64,000 bases of DNA from Heteronotia binoei. Lineage: Eukaryota. Shown piece after piece: positions 24,226 to 36,462 of this stretch; position 1 is the first letter of the stretch, and every line of letters starts with the position of its first letter. The position numbers were made by a program, and so were the translations under genes. The notes below the pieces were generated by a model. The model did not search any database, was not told the origin of the DNA, and saw only the letters and a program-made list of their open reading frames with translations. The DNA lies in contig NC_083230.1 of the NCBI RefSeq assembly GCF_032191835.1, positions 75,950,001-76,014,000 on the forward strand. Direction: 5' to 3'.

Positions 24226-25879
24226 ATTTTATTTACTTATTTTATTGTATTGTATTTATATCCCATCCTCCCCTGACAGGCTCAGGGTGGCTAAGGTCTC
24301 CCAGATCCTACACCAACTCTCTTCCAATTATATTTGGCTGGCTGTCATGCTTGGTTTCTAGAGAGGCCATATCTGTTTCCTTCAGTATATGGAGGGAACA
24401 TGGTCTAGGGCTTTGCTCCCCCCCTTCCAATCCTTGCAAGAACTCCATTAGGAAAAAATCCCTTTTGGCCCTCCGGAGTTCCTCTGACCTCACATGTGGA
24501 GGTAAATTCTGACAAATAATATTCCTATTGAAGCTCATTCTGGAATTTCCTCTGAGAGCCAAACAAAATGGAGGAACTCTACAAGGGGGCCTGTGATTTC
24601 TGGCACTGCTTAAAATAATTTTTAAACCTGTTTACATGTTATAAGACACCTGGCATGAACTCAGTTTGCCAATTAGTCCCCCAGTGAATAAGCCCCCTGT
24701 TAGCCAGACACACTGGGCAGTCTCTTGCCTGCTGGTCTAGTAAACGATTAGGAAAGACATTCTCCCCAAGCCGCAGACAGACTGGTTTAGGACCCATTTC
24801 CATAGGCTTGGGAAGTGGAACATCTCCAGTGGACTATTAGATGCTGTAGAGAACACCTTTACGTATTCTTATTTCTTGAGATGCATTTATATATTGCCTT
24901 CCTGACAGTGCATTCAAGGTGGCTTACAATTCAAAATAACACCTACAATGTAACACATACAAGTCAAAAAGGCAAAGGGAAATGAAAAGGAAGTGCAAAA
25001 GAAGCACATTCAAGTACTTAGATAATTGCATGGAAATAATGGCATTCTGCCAGGGAGATGGGCAATCTGGATTTCAAAACAGAGGTGAAGAATGGCAATA
25101 TGTCAGGCAGGTGCAGAGGCACAGGTAAGCTAAGGTCATTCATGGTCATGCCCCTTTCTCTCTGAAACAAAACATGGCAATGAGGTACTTGGCAAGTTCA
25201 ACATCTTCTATTGACTACACTCAAAAGTGTACCATTTCACAGTATTTGATGGTTGTCATATCAACAGCATTTACCATCAGATAGTACTTGTGAGCTGATG
25301 AATAATCGTATTTGCATCTTGCAGTGTGATAGAGTACATTCAACAGGAATAGTGTTTTGAAAGCTGACAGCTTCTGGCCAAAAGTGTTAGAGAGGCCAAT
25401 AAAGTGTTCAAATTTCATACCCAAAATGTGAATTTGAATTTCCCTTCAACATTTCTCATTTGACTGGTGAAACTGTTTTCTCCCCCCTCAAATTGCAACC
25501 AGTTGTAAATATTAGCACTGTGATGAGGAAGACACTGCTTTGTTGACTTGAATGAATGAGAACCCTCTCCTGGAGGGAAAGCACCTGGCAGTGGGGTGAG
25601 ATGGGGAACTTGTGCTGTGCAAGTAGGAACGTGAGGCTTCCACTAAAAAAGAGAATGCAGACAAATAAGTCCTTCTCATGACTAACATCCCTGTCTCACC
25701 TGCATCTCTCCTTTCCTCTAGTAACTCAGGTTCATGAAGTTAAACACCTGAGTGTATTAGGATGACTATATTAAGCTCACCCAGGGATGACAGGTCTCTC
25801 CAGCCTATACCTAATACTTCATCCACTGCAACATCTCTTTGCAGCTAGCAAACCAGGACTTGAGCGGGGGAATAGGTCT

Positions 25880-26250
25880 AAATACATGTTGATGGGGTCT
25901 GAACTGGCAGAGGTTGACCGGGAGAGAGATCTTGGAGTCATGATAGACAACTCACTGAAGATGTCCGCTCAGTGTGCAATTGCAGTAAAATGGCAAATGC
26001 TATGCTGGGGATTATTAAGCAGGGAAATGAAAACAAACCAGTCAATATCATAATGCTTCCGGTATAAATCGATGGCGCAGCCTAATTTGGTATACTGTGT
26101 ACAGTTCTGGTCACCATACCTCCAAAAATGATATTATAGCATTGGAAAAAGTGGAGAAAAGGGCAACTAAAACAATTAAGGGGATGGAACACATTTCCTA
26201 TGAAGAAAGGTTAAAGAGGTTAGGGCTGTTTAGCTTGGAGAAATGATGAC
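25880..26250 (+). mobile_element. CR1 RT C-terminal fragment (degenerate)
   Basis: ERDLGVMIDNSLKMSAQCA; similar to 11200-11560. Confidence 0.85.
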
Positions 26251-26699
26251 TGTGATCTCACCTTTCCTACCACCACTGTATAGATTTCTTTGTCAGCAAA
26301 GAAGATCCTTTCTGTCAGCAAAAATGAAAACAGAGGCATATTTGCAGCCATCCTTTGGCAAGCTGAAGTGCTTTGTGACTTTTGATACAGGTCCCCACTA
26401 GTTCACACATATTACCTGAATCAAGACAAGCCTAAAATGACTCTGGAGGTCTGGAGCCTTCTTCCCTCTTTTTGTAATGGCTGTACTGGTAAGCTTGGCC
26501 AGTGGCATGTGTGGTCAGGAAGCCCTCCCATTCTGCTGCAAGAGGAGTGTGTCAGCAGCCGTACATAGTGCCAACCTACTTACTCCATAAAATACACATT
26601 TGAGCTTCAGAAATAGTTGGTTATTAGAGATTTTCCCCCTGCTTTAGTTGAACCATTTGGCTATTATTCTCATACTGTCGCATGTTATTTCCACCACAG

Positions 26700-26772
26700 G
26701 AATTAAGATAGATAAGGAAACTGCCAATGCCTTTGTGAGGAGGCAGAAAAGATCCTATCCATATTATGAAAG
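26700..26772 (+). CDS. OC3: OC3/Bgp2 exon 3 (IKIDKETANAFVRRQKR|SYPYYE; propeptide and furin site)
   Basis: cacAG acceptor; AG|GTAAGA phase-2 donor; ANAF motif and RQKR proprotein convertase site. Confidence 0.92.
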
Positions 26773-26940
26773 GTAAGAGTCTCTTCCAGGCTTTAATGTT
26801 GATATCCATAATTAATGTCTAATCTAAAGGCTGCACAGGCTGTAGAAAACCCTGAGATGCTTGCATATGTCACTCTGCATATTCATCGCACATACAACTC
26901 CATGGATTAACCAGAAGAAAGAAGAGTTGCAGGAGACATA

Positions 26941-28083
26941 GGGCGATTCCGCATTGGCCTTTGCTCCGGCTCCGACGCTGTGTTTCCCCCGGGGCAGATG
27001 TTGGTTTCTGCACATTTTGACCTGGGGCGGCAGTTTGACCCGCCTCCGAAGCGGTGCTGCCCCAGATTAAAGAGATCAGCAAAATACCAGATCTTTTTTT
27101 TTGCTGCGGTTCCGAGGCTTGGAATTTTATGTGTGGAACTTGAGCCACTGCGCTGTCAAACTTCTTGCATCAGTAGAACACACACATACCTCCACGCCCA
27201 TGATTCCGCCCAGTTATCTCATCATACTTCCACAATTTTACTCCCTTTGAAAATTATGCTATATTTTCCTGAAATGGATTAATTTTGTTTTAAAAACAAC
27301 TTGTTTCGCATTACAACGCAAAAATATAGCGATGTAACGCTATTTTCTTTTTTCAAATGCATCAATTACTTGCACCCGCCCCCTTCTTTACTATATTCCA
27401 CGTGAATTTGTTAGCCATTGCATTATGATTACGTTCTTCCCCCCTCTGAAAAAAATCAATCCTGACTGCTATATTTTTTCCAAATAAGATCGTTGCAACG
27501 CAACTAAATAAAAAGCAATGTTGCACAAACTACTTTAAACATGCGTGATTGCCACCTTTATCAATCCCCCCCCCCATGGCCTCAAATGGGAGCGGAAATT
27601 TGATTATGTCTACAGCTTTATATTTTTGATAGGTTGGGGAAACTTTCTCCCTTAACCCCTCTGCATATTTCTTCCCCCCCCCCTTTCACGCATCTGTTTG
27701 TAATTTATTATAGGTTTTAACGGAAAACTGTGGGCTTAACATTCAGCGTGTGTGGATAAAAACGGTGGATCGCCGACTCAGATTTCATGGGGCTTAACCT
27801 GCCAATGGCAGGTTGAAAGGAAAACACGTGACTTTGCCAGTATTATGCCTCTGGCAAACAAAGACGTTACGTAGTAACGCGAACACGCATGCGTGTAAAA
27901 AAAAAGGGAAATGTATGAGGGAGGGGGAAACTCCGGGAGCAGCGGTAATGCGGAATCAGAAAGCATGGAACAGATTGGGAATTGAATCCGGGGGAAATCC
28001 TCTAATGCGGAATTGGGAAATCTGGCCTGCATGGAACAACCCCGGAGTGAAAGGAGGGCAAACGCCAAATGCGGAATCAGCCC
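26941..28083. mobile_element. Harbinger-like non-autonomous element (about 1.1 kb) in OC3 intron 3
   Basis: Termini GGGCGATTCCGCAT / ATGCGGAATCAGCCC; CpG-retaining interior. Confidence 0.65.
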
Positions 28084-28556
28084 TTGTCTCTTCCTTAACT
28101 TAGCCATTCTCCTCAGCTGAGGGTAGATTTAAACAGGCCTCAGATTCAGTGGGAGCTCACAGGAGTGCAGCTCCTAAACCTTTCTGAGAGTTCCACCTCC
28201 TCCTTCTGAGAGTCCCACCTCCTTGTCCATTGAATAGTATGTGCGGCTGCATAACAATCCCTGGATGAACACCACCTATTATTCTACAAAATGATCCCTG
28301 GATTTAAATATCTCTTCTCCCATTTAGAGGTATCAAAGTACCTAGGGCAGTAGGTGTCACATTTAAAAAGCCCTTTGCATTAGCTTAAATGTGGCCAGCA
28401 TCTCCACGTGGAGGCCAGCAGATGGGAGGGATGTGTGGTGTAGGTAAGAAGATGCTGCATGTGCTTGGACTGACACATATGGCTTGTCAGATAACGGTAA
28501 CAATTATGGCTACAGAGTTCCAGGGTAGATAAGAGATTCCATTCCCTGTGTTGCAG

Positions 28557-28686
28557 GTACTATGAAATGTTTAAGTCTCCAATGGAGACGAAGCATGAAC
28601 AGTGTGAAAACTATGCACCTTGTGACTACTACTCTGAAATAATAGGATTTCAAGCAGCATATTCCCTTGTTTTTGGAAGAACCTGA
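28557..28686 (+). CDS. OC3: OC3/Bgp2 exon 4 (Gla domain YYEMFKSPMETKHEQCENYAPCDYYSEIIGFQAAYSLVFGRT*)
   Basis: ttgcAG acceptor in phase 2; ExxxExCExxxxC motif and IGFQxAY typical of the osteocalcin family; total CDS 294 nt = 97 aa. Confidence 0.95.
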
Positions 28687-28750
28687 AGGTGATCGTTTCA
28701 TGATCTCAGCTGGATGGAATCTCTACACGGAGCCATTGGAAGGGAGAGCA

Positions 28751-28756
28751 AATAAA
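28751..28756 (+). terminator. Probable OC3 polyadenylation signal AATAAA
   Basis: First AATAAA, 65 nt after the stop codon. Confidence 0.55.
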
Positions 28757-29731
28757 TGGGAAACAACACTGGTTTCACATTACTGGTACAAGTCCTGCAA
28801 TCATTATTTATGCAGACTGTCTACTTTGCATTCAGGAAATAAGAAGTAAAACACTAATCCTTTGTTCTGGGGGCATCCCTGCCAATAATCAGTTCCACAA
28901 TCAATCTCCAATTTATTTGGATGTCATGGAGGGGGTGGCAGAGGTAAAAGGGTCAAGAATCTACTAAGTGAATAAACACAGATGATTTCCAGGACTGGCC
29001 TTTCTAGCAGGAGCCCTGAAGCAATATCAGTACCCTAAGTGCTGAAGTTTCTCAGAGTTGAAATGATGGCATAAGAATTTTGGACAGGAGGTACAAACTT
29101 TCTGTGCACAACCCAAATCTGACTTTGTTAAAATACTTTTCAGCTGTTTCTAGCTCTAGTTAATTATTTCAGTGTTTTTAATTTTTTTTCTTTCTTTCTA
29201 GAAATAGTGAAATAGTCACATAGCCAGTTTGATTTCCTAGACATCATTTAGGACTTACAAAGCTATGTAACAGTGAAGGTATTTCTTTCATGTTTTAGTG
29301 GTCCTTACTGGAATTGCCGCAAAGCTAAATCTGATTGGCTACATGAGGATCTCACTCTTTCTAGCAGAATGGTGCCTGAAGTAGCAGCCAATCAAGTACC
29401 AAGAAGGAGAATGCTGCAGGTTCATGTATAACAGAAGTTCCCAGCCTTTTGGTGTGGTGACCCACAAGTCCAAATGCATTTGGTGTGGTGACCCATCCAT
29501 GGCTGGCCCAAGGGGTTTTTTTTACACCCTAGGTAAACTATGACCTTGGCACACTTCTAGTTCAGCATTCCCTTTTTGACAGTGGCTAACCAGATATTTT
29601 TGCGAAACCAATAAACATCACACAAAGGGTGCAACTGCTCCCACTGTAAACCCCAAGCAAGTGTCTTACATTCTAGCCTTTGACCACCCTCTCCTGCTCC
29701 ATTACTCTTTTAAATCCCCCAAAGAGTCTAA

Positions 29732-29843
29732 TGGTGCATTCACACTGCACTAAATAATGTGTTTTACATCTAGATTTTTACTGTATAAGAACAGCAAAAA
29801 TCCAGATGTAAATCACATTATTTAGTGTAGTGTGAATGCACCA
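29732..29843. mobile_element. PIF/Harbinger MITE (112 bp hairpin)
   Basis: TGGTGCATTCACAC/GTGTGAATGCACCA TIRs; 3-bp TSD TAA. Confidence 0.85.
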
Positions 29844-32329
29844 TAAGAAACTCAGTCTATCAGAACACATTTTACTTGATCAACATCATAACCAGTGAAA
29901 AAAATACCAATTAACGTATGACACAAAAGATACTGTTTCCAGGGTCAGATCTTAGTTTCCAGAATACAAAATACAATAATGGAAAGGGCATGAGTGGCCT
30001 TGGGGAGGGTGGGGGGTGGCCCATGACCAACTTTCAGAGGCTTTGTGACCCACTTTTAAGTCCCAACCTGCATATTAAGAAACACTGATATAGTGATATA
30101 TATGACCCTGGGGAAGGGCAGCAAATACACTTTCTTCTGTACACCCATCCAAAACAAAAAAGGCAAATGAGGAGGAATATATTTTGTGTGTGTGTATGGA
30201 TGGGGAGGGGACTGTTTATGAATATGCTCCCCATTTCACTTTAGTACTAATCCTTGCATGGGAACCAATTTCACCAGTAAATGAACTCAAGCTCAGGTAC
30301 TATAGTGGGTAAACTGGTATCAGAGGCTATGCAGTTTGCGAAAGCCTATGCTTCTTTCATTCTGAAAAGCTTTTAGTTGCTGGTTTTTTCCTCTGCCATC
30401 AAAAGAACAAAGAAAAATGGGAGAAATTAAGTTTATGGGTACACCTTACCTCCCTCCTTGCAAAAACAAGTCCTGGTCCTCATCTGCTGCCGAAAAATAC
30501 TCCTACTTATGAAGTTGCCTTACACTGTGTCAGACCATTGGTCCATCTAGCTCAGTCCTCCTCTGACTGGCAGCTGTTTTCCAGTCTTCCAGACACAGAG
30601 AGCGGCCTTTCCTGCTACCTGAGATCCTTCACCTGGAGACGCCAAGGAGGGACTAAACCGGGAACTGTCTGTATGCAAAGCATGGGATGAAACACTGTCC
30701 CATTATTGGAATGGGGCTGTCTGTTGTGGCTGGGGGAAAAAACAAAAACAAACTAAGTATACAACCCACATGGTGCTATGGATGGGCAGGAAGGATGGAT
30801 CAAGGGGGAAGACACCATCCCTCTCCCCTCTCCACCCTTTCCCCAAGGAGCTCTACGTATTCCATTGCCACCCAAGGCCTGTGGGGTGGTAGTGGATGGG
30901 AATTGGCAACTACCAAGCAAAAAATAAAAGTCAGCCCAGAGTGTGTGTGTGTGTGTGTGTGTGTAAAGTATTTCCATCTGATTTTGGGTTGTACTGGTGG
31001 CAGCAACAGTATTTACTCACCTTCACAAACCCAACTACAACATCCCCTGGTCTCTTGCCCTCTTTGCTGCTGGAAGATCTTGGAGGGCAAGAAACAGAAT
31101 GAATATGTGTGTGTATAGATGGGTGGGGGGAATGACTGCTTGTATCAGTAGCTCCCTAGGGAGGCAGAAAATAACTTTTTTAAGTTGCATTGCTACTGCC
31201 AGCTGCAGCAGCCACTCCTAATCTCCTCTGCTCACCCTTGTGCATGGAGAAGGATGCATCTGGTAGTACAGGGGAAGATACTGGTAGCCCCATGAGATGC
31301 TGAACATGGGATCCTTTTTAGCACCTGCAAGTGCCAACCTGAAGCCTACTGAAAGCCCTGCACCTAGTCTCATCCTTTTTACTGGACCAAAGGAGATGTC
31401 TGCACCTTCCAGCCTTTTCTCAATGATCATTAGAAATGAGATAGGAGCTGCATGTGGGCTAAAAGAATATGCAATGCTGACCCATATTGTTAAATATTCT
31501 CCTCCTGGACTTGATGAGAGGATGCTGTTCAAAGGTGACAAAATACCAGTTCCCTATAAGAAAAATTCAGAAGTCTAAAAACCAGGTTTTGAATGTTACT
31601 ATAAATGTTACTCTTGTAAAGTCCAGTGTGGGTGCAAAGACTGCAGGGAATGATGCTGTTTTATAGAAACTGAAAGCAAAGGCTTTAAATAGGGGAGTGG
31701 GGGCGCTATCCCTAGAAACAAGAGTTTGGTACAAGACTAATCATTATTGCTCTTCTGGTGCCACCTTGTGGTGATTTCATGTAATGATTAGGACAGCACT
31801 TTCTGCAATCACTCAAATCAAGGGCATGTGACTTCTAAATTCAGTTCCAAGAAGGCTGAAAAGTGGCATGCAGGGCCAGCCCTGCCACTAGGCAAACTAG
31901 GCAATTGCCTAGGGTGCTGGACTTTTGGGGACACCAAATTGGGTTATCAGTGCAAGGGGGGGGGGGGGCACCAGAAGTTAGCCTTGCCTAGGGTGCCAGA
32001 CAATCTAGAGCCTACCCTGGTGGCATGTTTTCTTTGTATGTGAGCTGTCTCATACTTGCATTTAGCTACTTGTCCCAAGTGGGCAGCAAGTCTATATTTA
32101 CGTGTAACTTACTTAATGCACCAGTCAAATTGCCTTATGATGTAGCCGTAGCCGTGAGTGAACTGGCAGACCTTTTTGTAGGCTGGTAAATGGTTTGCAT
32201 GATTCTCTTGTACTGGGGTATCATCATGTTTTCTTCTGATCAGAAGAATGATGTTAATGCTAGTAAACCATGTGAAAGTACAGAACTAGATAAGACTATT
32301 GCAGGAGTAGCCAAAATTACTTAATGTAA

Positions 32330-33110
32330 GAGCCACATAGAACAAACATTCGATGTTTAAGAGCTGCAAGGAAAGCAGGCAGGCAAATAGATTGGAGGAG
32401 GAAGCAAGAGGTGGAAAGAAAGCAACCTTAACTTTAAGTGCATTCTCCAAGCTGTCAGCTTGGCTTGGATTTAAAGAGACAAATGCCTTCTCTAAGCTGG
32501 CCAGTGGGGTGGTGGGGGCTTTGAGAATAGGGTTGCCAAGTCCAATTCAAGAAATATCTGGGAACTTTGGGGGTGGAGCCAGGAGACATTAGGGGTGGAG
32601 CCAAGATCATGGCTGTGACAAGCATAATTAAACTCCAAAGGGAGTTCTGGTCATCACATTTAAAGGGACAGCACACCTTTTCAATTCCTTCCTTCCATAA
32701 GAAATAATGAAGGATAGGGGCACCTTCTTTTGGAGTTCATAGAATTGGACCCCCTGGTCCAATCTTTTTGAAACTTGGGGGGTATTTTGGGGAGAGGCAC
32801 TAGATGCTATACTGAAAATTTGGTGCCTCTATCCCCCAAAAAACAGCCCCCCCCCAGAGCCCCAGATACCCACAGATTAATTCTCCATGATTTTCTATGG
32901 GAATAAATCTCCATAGGGAACAATAGAGTTTCCAGCAGACATTTCCCTCCCCTCCCCCCGCTTTCTGATGACCCTGAAGCGGGGGGAGGGCCTCCAAACT
33001 GGGGGATCCCCTGCCCCCACCTGGGGATTGGCAACCCTATTTGAGAACCACACATTATAAGTGAAAGAGCCGCATATGCCTCCCGAGCTGCAGTTTGGCC
33101 ACTTCTGGTA
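32330..33110. mobile_element. Older hAT MITE (host of 32528-33039)
   Basis: Homologous to 34975-35195 and 44690-44830 (reverse); boundaries approximate. Confidence 0.55.
32528..33039. mobile_element. hAT (TAGGGTTGCC family) MITE, 512 bp
   Basis: Perfect TSD TTTGAGAA. Confidence 0.9.
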
Positions 33111-33134
33111 TAAACTCTGCTTTAGGACTGCATT

Positions 33135-33320
33135 AGGTGGGTAGCTGTGGTGGTCTGAAGCAGCAGAACAAAATTTGAGTCCAGTGGCACCTTTAAGATC
33201 AACAGAAGTTTATTTGAAGTATGAGCTTTCGTGTGCTAGAAGTGTGTTTGCACACAAAAGCTCATATCTTGAATAAACTTTTGTTAGTCTTAAAGGTGCC
33301 ACTGGACTCAAAATTTGTTT
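33135..33320. mobile_element. Penelope-like palindromic remnant
   Basis: gagtccagtggcacctttaaga / tcttaaaggtgccactggactc arms; relatives at about 54455-54530 and 59050-59150. Confidence 0.55.
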
Positions 33321-33774
33321 TAGGACTGCACTGTTATTCTAGTACAGACTAGTTTTCAAGACAATAGTCTGGGGTAGCCAAAATGTGGCTCGGGAGTCAC
33401 ATACAGCTCTTTCACACATATTGTGCAGCTCTCAGAGGTTGAGGAGGAACTTAATGCAGGCTTACTCTCAAGAAAGCATGCTTAGCATCAGGACCTCAGT
33501 CAGCCTCTGAGCACTGACCCACAGGTAGGTTGCTATTTTCACCGTGTGTGAATCAGGGAAGGAAGGGGAAATAGGCAGGCTTGCGATCTCTTCTTCTCCA
33601 CCACAGAGGTCACCCAGAGATCTAGAGTGGGGAAAGAGAGCACAAGAGTTGTGAGAGCCACTGGAAGGAGGGATGGAATTAAAGAGGGCAGCACAGGGTT
33701 TCCCCTTAGTTTCATAACACTTGTAGGAGCTGTATTTAGTAATCTTGGTGTCAAGGCAAAGAGAGACGTGTAAT

Positions 33775-34580
33775 TAATTAAATTTATATCCCGTTCTCCC
33801 TGCTGAAGGCAGGCTCAGGGCGGCTCACAGACCAAGGGTTGACACAAGCACATTAGTGTGACCGATAAAATAAACAACAACAAAAATATAAGACATAAAA
33901 ACAATTTTAAAACATTTGCATGTGCTATTATCATGGTTTCAGGCAGCGATTAAATTCTGGTTGTTAGCTGTACTCAGAGGTCTCAGGATCTCCACAGTGT
34001 GGTGAGGTAGGCCATTGCTGGTGTTCTTATGGGCCAGTCCCGTTTCTGCAGATGTTATCATCATGCAAATGCCTGCTGGAACAGTGCCGTTTTGCAGGCC
34101 CTGCAGAACTGTGAAAGCTCTCGCAGGGCCCTAACCTCCTCCGGCAACTCACTCCACCAGCTAGGGGCAGCAATGGAAAAGGCCCTGGCTCTCATTGTTT
34201 TGAGCCTCACTTTTTTCTGATGCTGGGGACTGTCAACAGGTTATGAGACCCGAACCGAAGTGCTTGCTGGGGCATATGCAGGGAAAGGCGGTCCCTAAGG
34301 TATGCAGGACCCTGGCCATATAGGGCTTTAAAGTGAATCTGGTACCCTATCGGTAGCCAGTGCAGCTCTTTCAGCACAGGCTGAACGTGTTCCCGTAGAG
34401 GAACTCCCATTAACAGCCTGGCTACAGCGTTCTGCACTAGCTGAAGTCACTGGATTTGGGACAAGGGCAGCCCCATGTAGAGAGCATTACAGTAATCCAG
34501 TCTCGAGGTGACCATGGCATGGATTACTGTTGCCAAGTCGTCGCGTTCGACAGATAGTAGCTCTGCCCAGGTGCTTATGA
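33775..34580 (-). mobile_element. L2-type LINE 3' fragment (RT C-terminus)
   Basis: VTSRLDYCNALYMGLP and QNAVARLL...LHWLPI motifs in the minus-strand ORFs. Confidence 0.9.
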
Positions 34581-34696
34581 TGCTAATGATGTAAACGGTG
34601 GCCAGTGATTTATGTGGTATATATGCATTTTCTTTTCCCACTGGTGCCACAAAATAATTCCCCAACCTTTCCCTGGGCTGGCCTTATGAGGACTGT

Positions 34697-34973
34697 CAGG
34701 GCTTTTTTGTAGAAAAATTCCAGCAGGAACTTATTAGCATATTAGACCACACCCCTAATATTAGCACACTAGCATATTAGTCCATACACTTATTAGCATA
34801 TTAGGCCACACCAGCTGGGATAATCATGCAAGCAGAACTGGTGGTAGCTGGTTCTCGCCTCCCACCTGCCACCCCTCCTTCTCTCCCTCCAGGCAGAAGC
34901 TGCAGCTGCTCCCACCAGACCTTTAAAGGCACCCACATACCCCAGCAGCAGTCTTTAATACCCACCACTCAGG
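34697..34973. mobile_element. hAT (CAGGGCTTTT family) long left-end fragment
   Basis: Colinear with 8930-9193. Confidence 0.65.
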
Positions 34974-35424
34974 AAGGGAAATAGATGGGGGAGGGAGAAG
35001 GGAGGGAGAGGTAGAAAGAAAGCAACTAACTTTAAATGCATTCTCCAAACTGCCAGCTGGTTTGAATTGGAGAAGTGATTTAAAGAGAGAAATGCCTTCT
35101 GCAAGCCAGCCAATGGGGTGGCGGTGGCTTTGAGAGCCACATAATATATGTGAAGTAGGCACATAAGGCTCCCAAGCCATAGTTTTGCCACCCCTAGTCT
35201 AAAAGGTGACACTGGACTCATTCATATTAGGCTAACTTCCACATAAGTCTTTTCACCTACTAACATAACTTCCATCTTATTTGAACTGAGTTTCACCTTA
35301 TTGGCCCTTGTCTAATCAGTTATAGAAACAGATAACTTGTTCAGAATATCTGTAGCCTCATCCTAATTTAGATGCAAAGGAGAAACAGAGCTGGGTCTCA
35401 TCAGCATACAAATGATACATCATT

Positions 35425-36350
35425 CAGGGGTGTCAAACTCATTTGTTAGGAGGGCCAGATCTGACATAAATGGGACTTTGTGGGGCCAAGCCATGGTTGT
35501 CCTATTTTATTTATTTATTTATATTTATTTTATTCGATTTTTAGACCGCCCTTCCTGTAGGACAGGCTCAGGGTGGGTTACATCATAAAAACAATCAACA
35601 GTAAAAACAATAAAAGACCAATTTAAAATATATAGAACCTAAAACTGCAGAGTCTAAAATGGCAGGTTCTGCCTCACAGACATGGCCTATTGTCCAGGTC
35701 CAGCAGATCTTATAGCATTGGGATGGAATGAAGGGGGAGGCCAGTAACAAGTGATGTCCACTGCCTCAGCTGAAAGCCTGGCAAAAGGGCTCTGTTTTAC
35801 AGGCCCTGCGGAGTTGGAGCAGATCCTGCAGGGCCTGGATCTCCAAGGGGAGCTCATTCCAGCAGGCAGGGGAAAGGCCCTGCAGCTGATAAGGCCCTAG
35901 CCCTCATTGAGGCCAGATGGACGTCTCTGTGGCCGGGTATTACCAAAAGTTGTTGGGTCGCTGATTGCAAAGACCTACAGGGCTCATACAGGAAGAGGCG
36001 GTCCTGAAGGTATGCTGGCCACTGGCCGTTTTAAAGTATAATGCCAGATAGAGGAGATATAGTCTTTATAAAGGACATAGGCAAACACAATTAAATATAT
36101 TATTTTTTAACTTAAAATACAAACATGCTTAAAACTCTTGCAATATTTTGTTTAGGAAAGATAGGAGAATAGTGGGATTTTGCAATGCAATTTTTAAAAT
36201 AAAACATCCAGTAAAATGCACAAGGATCACACTACTGAAAACTAAAAATATAAAATGCTCTCAGCCTGGGAAAACATGAAATGGCAGGGCATTTCAAACT
36301 TCTCTCCCCCCCCCCAAACCCAATCTACTCAGATTAGCAATGGCTCTCCA
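35425..36350. mobile_element. Charlie-like hAT element interrupted by an L2 3' end (about 35500-36030)
   Basis: CAGGGGTGTCAAACTCATTTG start; family sequence resumes near 36035; right end approximate. Confidence 0.65.
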
Positions 36351-36462
36351 GTATAATATCCCCCTTTGGCTGTGGGTTCCCAAGTACTCAGCAGGCACTA
36401 GTCCTCATGTCTATTAAGAGATAAAGCTGACCAAGAGCATCAACACTCGATTTGCAAGGACA

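Noticed and set aside
31218-31578. Antiparallel 93- and 107-aa ORFs in unique sequence
   Set aside because: No recognisable motif or convincing splice context; bounded by stops
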